A stretch of 64,000 nt of DNA from assembly GCF_036636695.1 (NCBI RefSeq), contig NZ_JAVWNW010000008.1; one strand, 5' to 3'. Shown one piece after another: positions 37,950-47,152 of this stretch. The DNA is from Anaerorhabdus sp. (GTDB taxonomy: Bacteria; Bacillota_I; Bacilli_A; Erysipelotrichales; Erysipelotrichaceae). The notes under the pieces were generated by a model. It was not told the origin of the DNA. It did not search any database and saw nothing but the letters and a program-made list of their open reading frames with translations. How positions within the stretch are numbered: position 1 is the stretch's first letter; each line of letters opens with the position of its first letter. Made by a program: the position numbers and the translations under genes.

Positions 37950-40900
37950 ATGAAAAAAATCTACGCTATTATCATAGCAATTGCAATGACGATGTCATCA
38001 TCAGCAGTTTATGCAGATGATACACTTGTTTCACGACAAGTAAAAAATCAAGATACAATTGAAATTAATCCATCTGCTCCACCAACAGAGACTCCAAATC
38101 AAGCACAAGCAGAATCAATTAATGAAACTGTATCGCCAACAGAAACACCCATATCGACAATAACTACTGATAAATCAAAAACTGATCTTATTTTTGATAA
38201 TATTCTTAGTTTGAAAGAAAACTATGATATAAAAAGTAAAATAGAAAATGCCATTGATACCAATGGTGTATTGTTAGATGAGGAATCACGTAGAGACTTT
38301 ATTGAACAATTTAGTGATATTCAGGAAAAAATTGATGAAATAATAATAGAAGATCAAACATTCGTAGATGTATGCAATCAAAATACAGATTATCAATTGT
38401 TACATGATTTATATGTAAAGATGCTTGATTACCAAACCCAACTTGATACCAATGTACCAATGCTATTTTCAGAAATTCCTAATCCAAAAGTTACTTATGA
38501 TGCGAATGGTGGAACTGGAAGTGTTCCTGAGGTACAAGATTACACAATTAATACAAGGGTTAATGTGCGTTTTAGTCCGCTTCCTAAGAAGGATTATTAT
38601 GTGTTTTCTGGTTGGTCAAAAACAAAAAAAGCGGTTAATGATTTACCTGATTATGCAACAGGAGGTACAACTAGTTTTACAATTACGGGCGATATAACTT
38701 TATATGCAACATGGAAGAGTGGAACGATTCAAGTCATTAACCAATCAATTAATGGCTTAACTGCAACAACGAAATTTCAAGTTAATTTTGTTGGAGTACC
38801 TACGGGAACAATTCAGTATGGTATTGTCATTAATGGTATCACTTATCCAGCAGATACCGGATCCTTGATAAACAATAGTGGAGTTGGAAGTTATACAGTA
38901 ACTACAACAACTTTAATACCTGGCTCAACAATAACCGCCAATGCAAAGATTGGAAATCAAGTTCTTTCAGATTACCTTTGTACAGTAACAGTGGTATCAT
39001 ATGATCCTTCATCGATTAATTTTAATGGCAGCAATTATACACTTTCGCCAGTATTAGTAGGAACAAAAATGAGTACAGATGAAGGTCAAACTTGGCATTT
39101 ATTTGTAATTAATGAAGTTTCTAGTGGTGTGTATACAATGCCAAATAATTTTTCTGGAAGCTCTATTTGGATTGCCTACTTTGCATCTGATGGAACATTA
39201 CTTAGTTCAATTAGAAAGATAACAATTACTAAAGCGGCTGTTCCAACAGCAACAACAGTTCAACCTATAACTGTAAATGGAACAGGATCAATTAAAAATA
39301 TTTCTAGCAATGCTGAATACAGCACAAATAATGGTACCAGTTGGCAAACAGTAACAGGAGATTTGAATAATCTTGCTCAAGGGACAACGATTTTATTAAG
39401 AACTAAAGGAAGTATAAATACACTACCAAGTGATAATGTTAGTATTACAATTAATCGTATATCACAAATGAATAGTTCAACATATTCAGTTGTTGGATAT
39501 GTGGGGAATTATGATGGAAGTAACCATAATTCAGTGAGTATAACAAGTACAATACAAGGGGCTACTATTTTATATGGAACTAATGCTGGGTCTTTATCAG
39601 CAGTGATTCCACAAATTAAGGATGTAGGGTCAACTACAATTTATTACAGCATTAGTGCTAGTGGATATGAGACGGTGACAGGCTCAGTTGTAACACGGGT
39701 TAATCCAAAAACATTAATGGCAACCTATAGTGGAGAAAGTATTTTCTATGGTGCTTCACCAACACTTCAAGTCAATGTTTCAGGATTTGTAACTGGTGAA
39801 ACAAGTGCAAGTGATCCAACATTTCAATTGCCACGTATTCAAAATACAAATCTAATTCCAGGTAGTTATACACTAACTCCAAGTGGTGGAAATCCTGGGA
39901 AAAACTATGTGTTCAATTATGTATCTGGAACACTAGTGATTAACAAAGGAAATTTAGGAATTACGGTAACAGGATATCAAGGTACTTATGATGGTGGATT
40001 GCATGGTGTTACAATAGCAAACAATGATGCAACACAAATTCTTTATTCCGTAAATAATGGAACAGCTACATCTATAGCACCACAATTCAAAAATGCCGGT
40101 GTGTATTCAGTTAAAGTACAAGCCATTAAAACAAATTATGAGATTAAGGAATTCCTAGTAGAGGTTAATATTAAACAAAAAGATATTACTGTTGAAGTAG
40201 CATCTATAAATAATAAAACATATGATGGAAACACGATAGCAAGTGGAAATTTAATTGTAAAAGGGGTTGTTGGAAATGATTCAGTCAATGCGTTAGGAAC
40301 TTATAATTTTATTGACAAAAATGCTGGAGAATTAAAAAAAGTATTTGTTAATCATATTAGTCTAAATGGCAGTGATGCAGGAAATTATAATTTGACAACA
40401 AGTGAACTAGAAAGTAGTGGAACCATTTATCCAGTTGTGGCATTACTTACATGGTCAGGAACAGATACAAGGACGTATGATGGAATAGCAAGTCAAGTTA
40501 ATGCAACAATTACAAATGCGATAGGTCAAGAAAGTGTAACTGTTACTTTAGAAGGAAATAGTGAAATTGATGCGGGTAGTTATACGGCTACAGCAACACA
40601 GCTTTCAGACACTAACTATACGTTAGAAGGTGCTAATAGTACGGCAGCTTATATCATATCACCACGTCAAGTAACTTATTCATGGAGTAATATCAACACA
40701 AGAGTTTATGATGGAACGCCAAGTCAAGTTAGTGCAGCAATTACAAATCTTGTTCAAAATGATACAGCTTCATTAAGTATTTCTAATGGGAATCAAGTGA
40801 ATGCAGGAATCTATGTAGCAAGCATTTCTGGCATACAAGGTGTAGATGCAGGAAATTATAGTTTGCCAACTGAAGGATTACTAGTTCCATATACAATTAC

Positions 40901-43900
40901 AAGAGCTGTTTTAACGGCAACTGTAAGTGATGAATCAATTATGTATGGATATACACCGCTATCACAAATAGAAGTTACTGGATTTGTAAATCAAGAAGAT
41001 GCTTCAACAGCGAGTGGCTACCAACAACCAATCACAACGATTACAACAATTTCATCAGTTTATCCAAATGTTGGAACATACCATGTTGTATTAAGTGGTG
41101 GAAGTGCCACGAATTATCGATTTTTATATGATGATGGTATGTTAACAATTAATAAAGCTAATTTAACAGTTACATCATCAGGATATGTAGAAATATATGA
41201 TGGCAATGATCATACAATTTCTGTACAAGTTCAAGAAGATGATTCTACCATTATGTATGGATTATCAGTTGGGCAATATGATTTAACGAATGCACCGACG
41301 TTTTCTAATGTAGGGTCTACAACGATTTACTATAAAGTAGAAAATCCAAATTATAACGATGTTTTTGGAAGTGAAATTGTAACAATTCAAAAGAAAACAG
41401 TGACACCAACAGTACTAACAGTAAGTGATAAAATTTATGATGGAAACCAATCTACAACGGGAACACTCGGTTTAATTGGTGTTCTACCAAAAGATGAAGG
41501 AACTGTCACAGTCAGTGGAGTTTTCGCATTTACAAATAAAAATGTTGAAGCTATTAAATACGTTAATGTATCGAAAATTATTTTTGATACTACTGTTCAA
41601 AACTATACTTTGGATTCAAATCAACTTACAAATATACAAACTGATGCTCAAATTAAACCAGTAGAACTTCTCGCAACCTATCACGAAAGTGTAAATTATG
41701 ATGATACAATTCCTACGAGTGTAACAGTTACTGGATTTGTGAACAATGAGAATGAATCAAATGCAGATGGATACAGTGCACCAAGTATAGAAATACCAGG
41801 ATATGATGTGGGCACTTATTCTGTTCTACCAAAAGATGGGCAAGCAACAAATTATACATTTATCTATCAAGCAGGTTATCTAACGATAGTTCCAATTAAT
41901 ATGGTATTTACAACTACAGATTATCAAGGTATTTATGATGCTCAAGAGCACAATGGACATGTCGCAGTAACTATGCCTGATTCAAATATAGAAATAACTT
42001 ATAGCACATCAAAAGATGGTAATTATACTGTAGATGAACCAGTTTACCGTAATGTAGGAAACTATACTTATTGGTATCGAATTCATGATACTGGTGCAGT
42101 GGATGATTATAACGATGTTCAAGGTGTTTTAGCTGTGATGATATCACCACATATTGTGAAAGCTCAAATTGATTCAGTTAGCGACAAAGTATATGATGGC
42201 ACGACAGATACCAGTGGTATGCTTACGTTAGATTACATTGGATCTGGTGATGATTTAGGTGTTCAAGGAGTTATCCGATTCGATGATAAAAATGTTGGGG
42301 ATTCAAAGATAGTTGATGTTACAAATTTAAATTTAACAGGTGATTCAGCTATAAATTATCGATTAGAGGATTCAAGAATTCTTGATGCACTAACAACTAG
42401 TAAAATTACTAAAAAACAAATCACTATTATTTGGTCAAGTCAAAATCAATTTGTTTATCAAGGAATCAATCAAGGTGTTATCGCAATGACAAATGATTTC
42501 TTACCATCAGATGATGTTACGTTAGTTTTAGAGAATAATATGAATACGGATGTAGGAACATATACAGCTAAAATAATAGAACTTCAAGGTGTTGATAATA
42601 TCAACTATCAATTACCAACAAATCTAGAACAAGAATATTCGATTACACCTAAATTATTAACAGTTCGTTATGTTGGTGAGTCAATTGTTTATACGGGAAG
42701 TCCTCATTTTAGAGTAGTTGTCGATGGTTTTGTAGCAAACCAAAATATTAATAATATTAATGGGTTTAGCCTTCCAATAGCATTTTTGGCACAATGGGTA
42801 GCGGGAAGAACATATACCGTAACCCCAACTGGAGGAAATCCGGGTTCAAATTATGCATTTAATTATGTAGGTGATTCTTTGGCGGTTCTTCTGGCAAATA
42901 TGGAAGATGAAGTTAAAGGCGAAGATAGTAAAGTAATGTATGATGGACAACCTCATTCGGTTTCAGTAATAGCTCCAGAGGATGCGACAGTGACAAAACA
43001 GTCATATACAGCTCCAGGAACTTATACAATACAATGGAAAGTTGAAAAGGAGAATTATGAGTCAGTAAGTGGAAGTAATATTTTAATAATCCAACCTAAA
43101 GAAATTGATCCAACACCAACACCAACGCCAATCCCTACTCCAAGTCCAACACCAGTAGCGACGACTCAGCCAAAAACGGATGAAATTGAAGTTCTGTATA
43201 TTGAGGAAGTAGAAAGAGTAAAACAACCATTTAAAAACTATGATAAGAATGATGCAGAAGAAGTCCTAGAAGATGAAAATCCAGCTTATCAAGGAAAATT
43301 TGAGAATGGTAGATTTATGATTATAGGTGAAGACAAAGCAATAGAATTTACCAAAGATATGACAATTCAAATTGGTAATGGATATCTGGTTCTTATGTAT
43401 AGTGATGATTCACTTCGCAATGGTACTGTTTTGAATGTTGAACAGTTTATAAACGCCGTTTTAACACCGACGGAACTTGACGGTGTCATGCAAGGGGACG
43501 AAATAGAAGTTGCAGTTGAAATTCGACAAGGATTAATAAGTTCTTTGGAAAGTGGAGATAAACTAGAAAATCAAGTTAAGAATTTAGGATTTAGTTGTGG
43601 AGGATTCATTTCATTTAAGATTAAAACACGTATAAATGATGGTGAATGGAAAGATCGATTAACGTTTTTGAATAATACTTCATTTGATGTACTTTTACAT
43701 CTACCAAAAGAATGGATAGATAATGATGATTTGTATTTGTGGAGAGTTGAAAATGATACATTAATTAATCAACAAAAAGTTGAAGTTCACAATAATGAAT
43801 TGAAATTAAGTGTTGATGCGTTGGGTGAATATGTAATTACTTATCCACAACAAAATGAAATATTTGAAGAGAGCAATGAAGGACAAAGTATTGTGATTGT

Positions 43901-43961
43901 TATCGTACTTGCGTTGATAGGAGTAGCTGGTTTTATACTTTTGCGAAGAAGAAAAAAATAA
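37950..43961 (+). CDS. giant repeat-rich cell-surface protein (2003 aa), putative adhesin
   Basis: Signal peptide (AVYA/DD), one Listeria-Bacteroides (Flg_new) repeat, and many alternating MBG-type (..YG..P...V.GFV.GE......NY.F.Y..G.L.I) and YDG-type (KTYDG...A.G....GVVG.D.V.......D.NAG......I.L.G.DAGNY.L) modules. Pro/Thr linker DPTPTPTPIPTPSPTP at about 43107-43178. C-terminal TM plus RRRKK tail. No LPXTG. Confidence 0.85.
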   Translation: MKKIYAIIIAIAMTMSSSAVYADDTLVSRQVKNQDTIEINPSAPPTETPNQAQAESINETVSPTETPISTITTDKSKTDLIFDNILSLKENYDIKSKIENAIDTNGVLLDEESRRDFIEQFSDIQEKIDEIIIEDQTFVDVCNQNTDYQLLHDLYVKMLDYQTQLDTNVPMLFSEIPNPKVTYDANGGTGSVPEVQDYTINTRVNVRFSPLPKKDYYVFSGWSKTKKAVNDLPDYATGGTTSFTITGDITLYATWKSGTIQVINQSINGLTATTKFQVNFVGVPTGTIQYGIVINGITYPADTGSLINNSGVGSYTVTTTTLIPGSTITANAKIGNQVLSDYLCTVTVVSYDPSSINFNGSNYTLSPVLVGTKMSTDEGQTWHLFVINEVSSGVYTMPNNFSGSSIWIAYFASDGTLLSSIRKITITKAAVPTATTVQPITVNGTGSIKNISSNAEYSTNNGTSWQTVTGDLNNLAQGTTILLRTKGSINTLPSDNVSITINRISQMNSSTYSVVGYVGNYDGSNHNSVSITSTIQGATILYGTNAGSLSAVIPQIKDVGSTTIYYSISASGYETVTGSVVTRVNPKTLMATYSGESIFYGASPTLQVNVSGFVTGETSASDPTFQLPRIQNTNLIPGSYTLTPSGGNPGKNYVFNYVSGTLVINKGNLGITVTGYQGTYDGGLHGVTIANNDATQILYSVNNGTATSIAPQFKNAGVYSVKVQAIKTNYEIKEFLVEVNIKQKDITVEVASINNKTYDGNTIASGNLIVKGVVGNDSVNALGTYNFIDKNAGELKKVFVNHISLNGSDAGNYNLTTSELESSGTIYPVVALLTWSGTDTRTYDGIASQVNATITNAIGQESVTVTLEGNSEIDAGSYTATATQLSDTNYTLEGANSTAAYIISPRQVTYSWSNINTRVYDGTPSQVSAAITNLVQNDTASLSISNGNQVNAGIYVASISGIQGVDAGNYSLPTEGLLVPYTITRAVLTATVSDESIMYGYTPLSQIEVTGFVNQEDASTASGYQQPITTITTISSVYPNVGTYHVVLSGGSATNYRFLYDDGMLTINKANLTVTSSGYVEIYDGNDHTISVQVQEDDSTIMYGLSVGQYDLTNAPTFSNVGSTTIYYKVENPNYNDVFGSEIVTIQKKTVTPTVLTVSDKIYDGNQSTTGTLGLIGVLPKDEGTVTVSGVFAFTNKNVEAIKYVNVSKIIFDTTVQNYTLDSNQLTNIQTDAQIKPVELLATYHESVNYDDTIPTSVTVTGFVNNENESNADGYSAPSIEIPGYDVGTYSVLPKDGQATNYTFIYQAGYLTIVPINMVFTTTDYQGIYDAQEHNGHVAVTMPDSNIEITYSTSKDGNYTVDEPVYRNVGNYTYWYRIHDTGAVDDYNDVQGVLAVMISPHIVKAQIDSVSDKVYDGTTDTSGMLTLDYIGSGDDLGVQGVIRFDDKNVGDSKIVDVTNLNLTGDSAINYRLEDSRILDALTTSKITKKQITIIWSSQNQFVYQGINQGVIAMTNDFLPSDDVTLVLENNMNTDVGTYTAKIIELQGVDNINYQLPTNLEQEYSITPKLLTVRYVGESIVYTGSPHFRVVVDGFVANQNINNINGFSLPIAFLAQWVAGRTYTVTPTGGNPGSNYAFNYVGDSLAVLLANMEDEVKGEDSKVMYDGQPHSVSVIAPEDATVTKQSYTAPGTYTIQWKVEKENYESVSGSNILIIQPKEIDPTPTPTPIPTPSPTPVATTQPKTDEIEVLYIEEVERVKQPFKNYDKNDAEEVLEDENPAYQGKFENGRFMIIGEDKAIEFTKDMTIQIGNGYLVLMYSDDSLRNGTVLNVEQFINAVLTPTELDGVMQGDEIEVAVEIRQGLISSLESGDKLENQVKNLGFSCGGFISFKIKTRINDGEWKDRLTFLNNTSFDVLLHLPKEWIDNDDLYLWRVENDTLINQQKVEVHNNELKLSVDALGEYVITYPQQNEIFEESNEGQSIVIVIVLALIGVAGFILLRRRKK
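38487..38714 (+). repeat. Listeria-Bacteroides repeat (Flg_new) module within the surface protein
   Basis: KVTYDANGGTGSVP....F.GWS......Y.......ITGDITLYATW consensus pattern. Confidence 0.7.
39475..43106 (+). repeat. array of diverged MBG/YDG-type Ig-like modules (protein-level tandem repeats)
   Basis: At least about 18 recurrences of the YDG or YG..P..(V/L).GFV...... NY.F.Y..G.L.I signatures, read from the translation. The DNA copies are diverged, not identical. Confidence 0.6.
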
Positions 43962-44074
43962 CATAAACGATAAAATCAATTAGTTTTTAAAAACTATTCT
44001 CTACTTTGTACTTACGAGATTTTGAGATTTAGAGCATAGTCCTATAAGTTATTAAAAATTAATGAGACAATGTA

Positions 44075-44103
44075 TTGACATAAAGAGATACAGGATGTAT
44101 TAT
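44075..44103 (+). promoter_or_regulatory. near-consensus sigma-A promoter of katA
   Basis: TTGACA (44075-44080), 17 nt, TATTAT (44098-44103). Confidence 0.6.
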
Positions 44104-44122
44104 ATTGATATAGCGTATCAAT
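44104..44122. promoter_or_regulatory. inverted repeat, candidate PerR/Fur-family operator
   Basis: ATTGATA-tagcg-TATCAAT, a perfect 7-bp arm pair extendable to 13 bp with 2 mismatches. It abuts the -10 element and lies between promoter and RBS of katA. Confidence 0.4.
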
Positions 44123-44143
44123 AATATGCGAAAAGGAGAAATT

Positions 44144-45649
44144 ATGACAGATGATAACAAAAAACTAACGAATGAAGTTGGTGCTCCAGTGAGTGATAAT
44201 AATCATTCATTAACAGCAGGAGATAGAGGGCCTGTTTTATTACAGGATAATTGGCTTATTGAAAAATTAGCACATTTTGATAGAGAGGTTATTCCTGAAA
44301 GAAGAATGCATGCTAAAGGAAGTGGTGCATTTGGTACTTTTAAAGCAACACATAATGTTGAAAAGTTAACACGTGCGAAAGTCTTTGCGAAGGATCATGA
44401 AACTCCAGTATTTGTAAGATTTTCAACAGTTGCTGGTGAACGTGGAGCAGCGGATGCTGAAAGAGATATTCGTGGATTTGCAATTAAGTTCTATACTGAG
44501 GAAGGTAACTGGGATTTAGTAGGAAATAATACACCTGTATTCTTCTTGCGTGATGCATTAAACTTTCCTGATTTAAATCGTGCGGTAAAACGTGATCCTC
44601 GTACAAACATGCGTTCAGCACAAAATAACTGGGACTTCTGGACATTATTACCAGAAGCATTCCATCAAATTACAATTACGATGTCTGATCGTGGAATTCC
44701 TTATAGTTACCGTCATATGCATGGTTTTGGAAGTCATACATATAGTTTAATCAATGCTGACAATGAACGTGTATGGGTAAAATTCCATCTTAAGACTCAA
44801 CAAGGTATTAAAAATTTGACTGATGAAGAAGCAGCTCAAATTATTGCGAATGATCGTGAAAGTCATCAACGTGATTTATATGAAAGTATTGAAAAAGGTG
44901 AATTTCCACGTTGGACAATGTACTTCCAAATCATGACTGAAGAACAAGCTAATAATCACAAAGAAAATCCATTTGATATTACTAAAGTATGGAGTCAAAA
45001 AGAATATCCATTAATGGAAGTGGGTGTGCTTGAGTTAAATAAGAATCCAGAGAACTATTTTGCTGAAGTTGAGCAAGCTGCTTTCAATCCATCTCATTTA
45101 GTTCCAGGTATTGGATTATCACCAGATAAATTATTACAAGGACGTCTATTCTCTTATGGTGATACACAACGTTACCGTTTAGGTGTAAACCATGATCAAA
45201 TTCCAGTAAATAAAGCCCATGTTGAAGTTCATAGTTCACATCGTGATGGAGCAATGAGAGTGGATGGTAACTATGGTTCAACTGTTGCTTATCACCCAAA
45301 TAGTATGGGTATGTGGGAAGAACAAGCATCTGTTCGCGAACCAGGTTTAAGTGTTGGACAAGAGGCTTATCATTATGATCCTAAGAACGATTTAACAGAT
45401 AATTGTTTCTATCAAGGTGGAGATTTATATCGTTTAATGAGTGAAGAACAAAAACAAGTATTAATTGAAAATACTAAAAATAACATCATGCCTGTAACAG
45501 AAAATATCAAGTATCGTCATGCAGTACATTGTTACTTAGCTGATGAAGATTATGGTAAACGTTTTATTAAAGCATGTAATTTAGATTTGGATAAAGTAAT
45601 TGAATATTCTAAGTTATCAAATGCAGAATTAATACAAGCAACACGTTAA
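44144..45649 (+). CDS. katA: monofunctional haem catalase
   Basis: [30 protein letters not shown] and [14 protein letters not shown] motifs. ATG at 44144 follows AAAGGAGAA. Confidence 0.95.
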   Translation: MTDDNKKLTNEVGAPVSDNNHSLTAGDRGPVLLQDNWLIEKLAHFDREVIPERRMHAKGSGAFGTFKATHNVEKLTRAKVFAKDHETPVFVRFSTVAGERGAADAERDIRGFAIKFYTEEGNWDLVGNNTPVFFLRDALNFPDLNRAVKRDPRTNMRSAQNNWDFWTLLPEAFHQITITMSDRGIPYSYRHMHGFGSHTYSLINADNERVWVKFHLKTQQGIKNLTDEEAAQIIANDRESHQRDLYESIEKGEFPRWTMYFQIMTEEQANNHKENPFDITKVWSQKEYPLMEVGVLELNKNPENYFAEVEQAAFNPSHLVPGIGLSPDKLLQGRLFSYGDTQRYRLGVNHDQIPVNKAHVEVHSSHRDGAMRVDGNYGSTVAYHPNSMGMWEEQASVREPGLSVGQEAYHYDPKNDLTDNCFYQGGDLYRLMSEEQKQVLIENTKNNIMPVTENIKYRHAVHCYLADEDYGKRFIKACNLDLDKVIEYSKLSNAELIQATR

Positions 45650-45652
45650 ATT

Positions 45653-45681
45653 GGAGGGAAGAATAATCTTCCCTCCTTCTT
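45653..45681 (+). terminator. intrinsic terminator after katA
   Basis: ggagggaag-aataat-cttccctcc followed by TTCTT. Confidence 0.7.
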
Positions 45682-45736
45682 GCATAGTATTGTATACTAA
45701 TAGAGTAATAATTTTTGATAATTGATGGAGGAACTT

Positions 45737-46123
45737 ATGAAAAGAGAAAGAAATACCAATCAAAAAGAAATGATAAAAGCAGAAGTCCAACTTCATCAAG
45801 GACATCTTACTGGTGACCAAATCTATGCTCTTGTAAAAGAGAAAATGCCAGGCATTGGACGCGCAACAGTATTTAGAAATCTTAAAGACTTAACGGAAAA
45901 AGGGGAAATTGGATATATTCCAACAGTCGATGGTGCTGGTTTCTTTGATTATCGTAAACATAATCACTATCATTTTAAATGTACAAAATGTAATCGTTTG
46001 TTTGATACTAATGTTCCTTACAATGATAGTTTAGATAAAGTGGATTCTAGATTTAAGATTCAAAATCATGTGACATTGTTTTATGGGATTTGCCCAGAAT
46101 GTGAGAAAATGGAAAATAATTAA
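45737..46123 (+). CDS. perR: Fur-family metalloregulator, PerR-like
   Basis: Winged HTH (RATVFRNLKDL), His-rich HNHYHFKC, and two CxxC pairs (CTKC, CPEC). ATG at 45737 follows GGAGGAA. Adjacent to katA. Confidence 0.7.
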   Translation: MKRERNTNQKEMIKAEVQLHQGHLTGDQIYALVKEKMPGIGRATVFRNLKDLTEKGEIGYIPTVDGAGFFDYRKHNHYHFKCTKCNRLFDTNVPYNDSLDKVDSRFKIQNHVTLFYGICPECEKMENN

Positions 46124-46124
46124 T

Positions 46125-46148
46125 AAAAAAGGCGAATAGCCTTTTTTT
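46125..46148. terminator. bidirectional terminator between perR and the RpiR-family gene
   Basis: aaaaaaggc-gaata-gccttttttt. Confidence 0.6.
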
Positions 46149-46153
46149 ATTAG

Positions 46154-46972
46154 TTATTTTGTTTGATATTTCTCAACATAGAAATTATAGAGTAAATCGA
46201 AGAAATAACCTGCGCCATAGCGGGTATAAACATTGTTTAAGCCATGATTGATATGATCGCTTGAACGAGGTTTTTTGCTTAAATAGAAAATGTAATTGTA
46301 GTAATCTTCAAACTGCATTGAATGATTTAATGTGATTAGACATTTATATGCATTAACTTTCCTAACATCATCTCCAATTGCAATTGCGTAATTTCCAGTA
46401 ACAGATATTGTAATGAGTAAATCATCTTTAGTAAGGCTATCGAGTATTTCCAAATTAGGAGTTGAGTTTGTGACAATGCGTACAAGCTTTCCAATTGCAA
46501 TCATACCTTGTTGAAATTCAAGCGCAGATGAGCTTGACGTATTTGAAATTACGATGACTACGCAATTACTATCATGAATCATTTTAGCAAGTTTTAATAA
46601 ATCTTGTAGCTCAGCCATTTCATTAATACTTTTCATCATGTCATTCATAGATTCATAAACATATTTTTTGAAGTTTGTATGTGTAGCGTAGGAAATATAA
46701 GCATTATAATGTATTTTTGTTTCTTTAAAAGTATGTTTCATAGCAGTGAAATTATCGAAACCGATGTACTTAATGAATCGATGGATACTACTTCTAGAGA
46801 CAAAACAATCATCAGCCATGTCATAAATACTAAGTTCATCTAAATCATCGAAATGTTTTAATAGATACTTTGCAAGAATAAAATAAGTATCGTTTTCATC
46901 ATGATTATTTAGAATAACAAGCAAAGAATTTATTAGACTGAAATTTCGTATACTTAAGTTTTGTTCATCCAT
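46154..46972 (-). CDS. MurR/RpiR family transcriptional regulator
   Basis: N-terminal HTH_6 (DDCFVSRSSIHRFIKYIGF) plus a SIS domain (VIVISNTSSSS...ITISVTG). Confidence 0.8.
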   Translation of the reverse strand: MDEQNLSIRNFSLINSLLVILNNHDENDTYFILAKYLLKHFDDLDELSIYDMADDCFVSRSSIHRFIKYIGFDNFTAMKHTFKETKIHYNAYISYATHTNFKKYVYESMNDMMKSINEMAELQDLLKLAKMIHDSNCVVIVISNTSSSSALEFQQGMIAIGKLVRIVTNSTPNLEILDSLTKDDLLITISVTGNYAIAIGDDVRKVNAYKCLITLNHSMQFEDYYNYIFYLSKKPRSSDHINHGLNNVYTRYGAGYFFDLLYNFYVEKYQTK

Positions 46973-47042
46973 AGATTTCCTCCCTAGTAAGGCATGATGT
47001 ATACCTTATTATTGTTTTTTTAATTAATATTGTGCAATGTAA

Positions 47043-47065
47043 GTGGTTTCAAAAGTTGAAACCAC
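47043..47065. promoter_or_regulatory. 9-bp perfect inverted repeat upstream of the bgl-type operon, candidate RpiR operator
   Basis: GTGGTTTCA-aaagt-TGAAACCAC, located about 20 nt upstream of an extended -10 (TGtTATAAT, 47081-47089). Confidence 0.35.
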
Positions 47066-47099
47066 TGAGATTTTTTTCTTTGTTATAATTCCCTTAAAG

Positions 47100-47130
47100 T
47101 TACAAACAAACATAAAAAACGTGTTTGTAA
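47100..47130. promoter_or_regulatory. second inverted repeat in the 5' leader of the GH1 gene
   Basis: TTACAAACA-13 nt-TGTTTGTAA, between the -10 element and the RBS. Confidence 0.3.
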
Positions 47131-47152
47131 TATCAGAAAGGGTGAGTGGTTT

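Noticed and set aside
38425-41664. Alternative-frame ORFs 38425-38697 and 41476-41664 inside the giant surface-protein gene
   Set aside because: They are off-frame readings of a continuous 2003-codon ORF with a coherent domain structure. No RBS is present.
43860-43961. Search for an LPXTG-type sortase signal before the C-terminal TM and RRRKK of the giant protein
   Set aside because: No LPXTG, SPKTG or NPQTN-like pentapeptide is present in the 40 residues preceding the helix. It is called a simple TM anchor instead.
43981-43996. Perfect 16-bp palindrome TAGTTTTTAAAAACTA after the surface-protein gene, considered as a terminator
   Set aside because: It is entirely A/T with no loop and no following U-tract, so it is unlikely to be a stable intrinsic terminator. 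It may be chance in AT-rich DNA.
47043-47075. BglG/LicT-type RAT/terminator antitermination element in the beta-glucoside operon leader
   Set aside because: The hairpin lies upstream of the best -10 element. No PRD-containing antiterminator gene is in the locus. The divergent regulator is RpiR-type.
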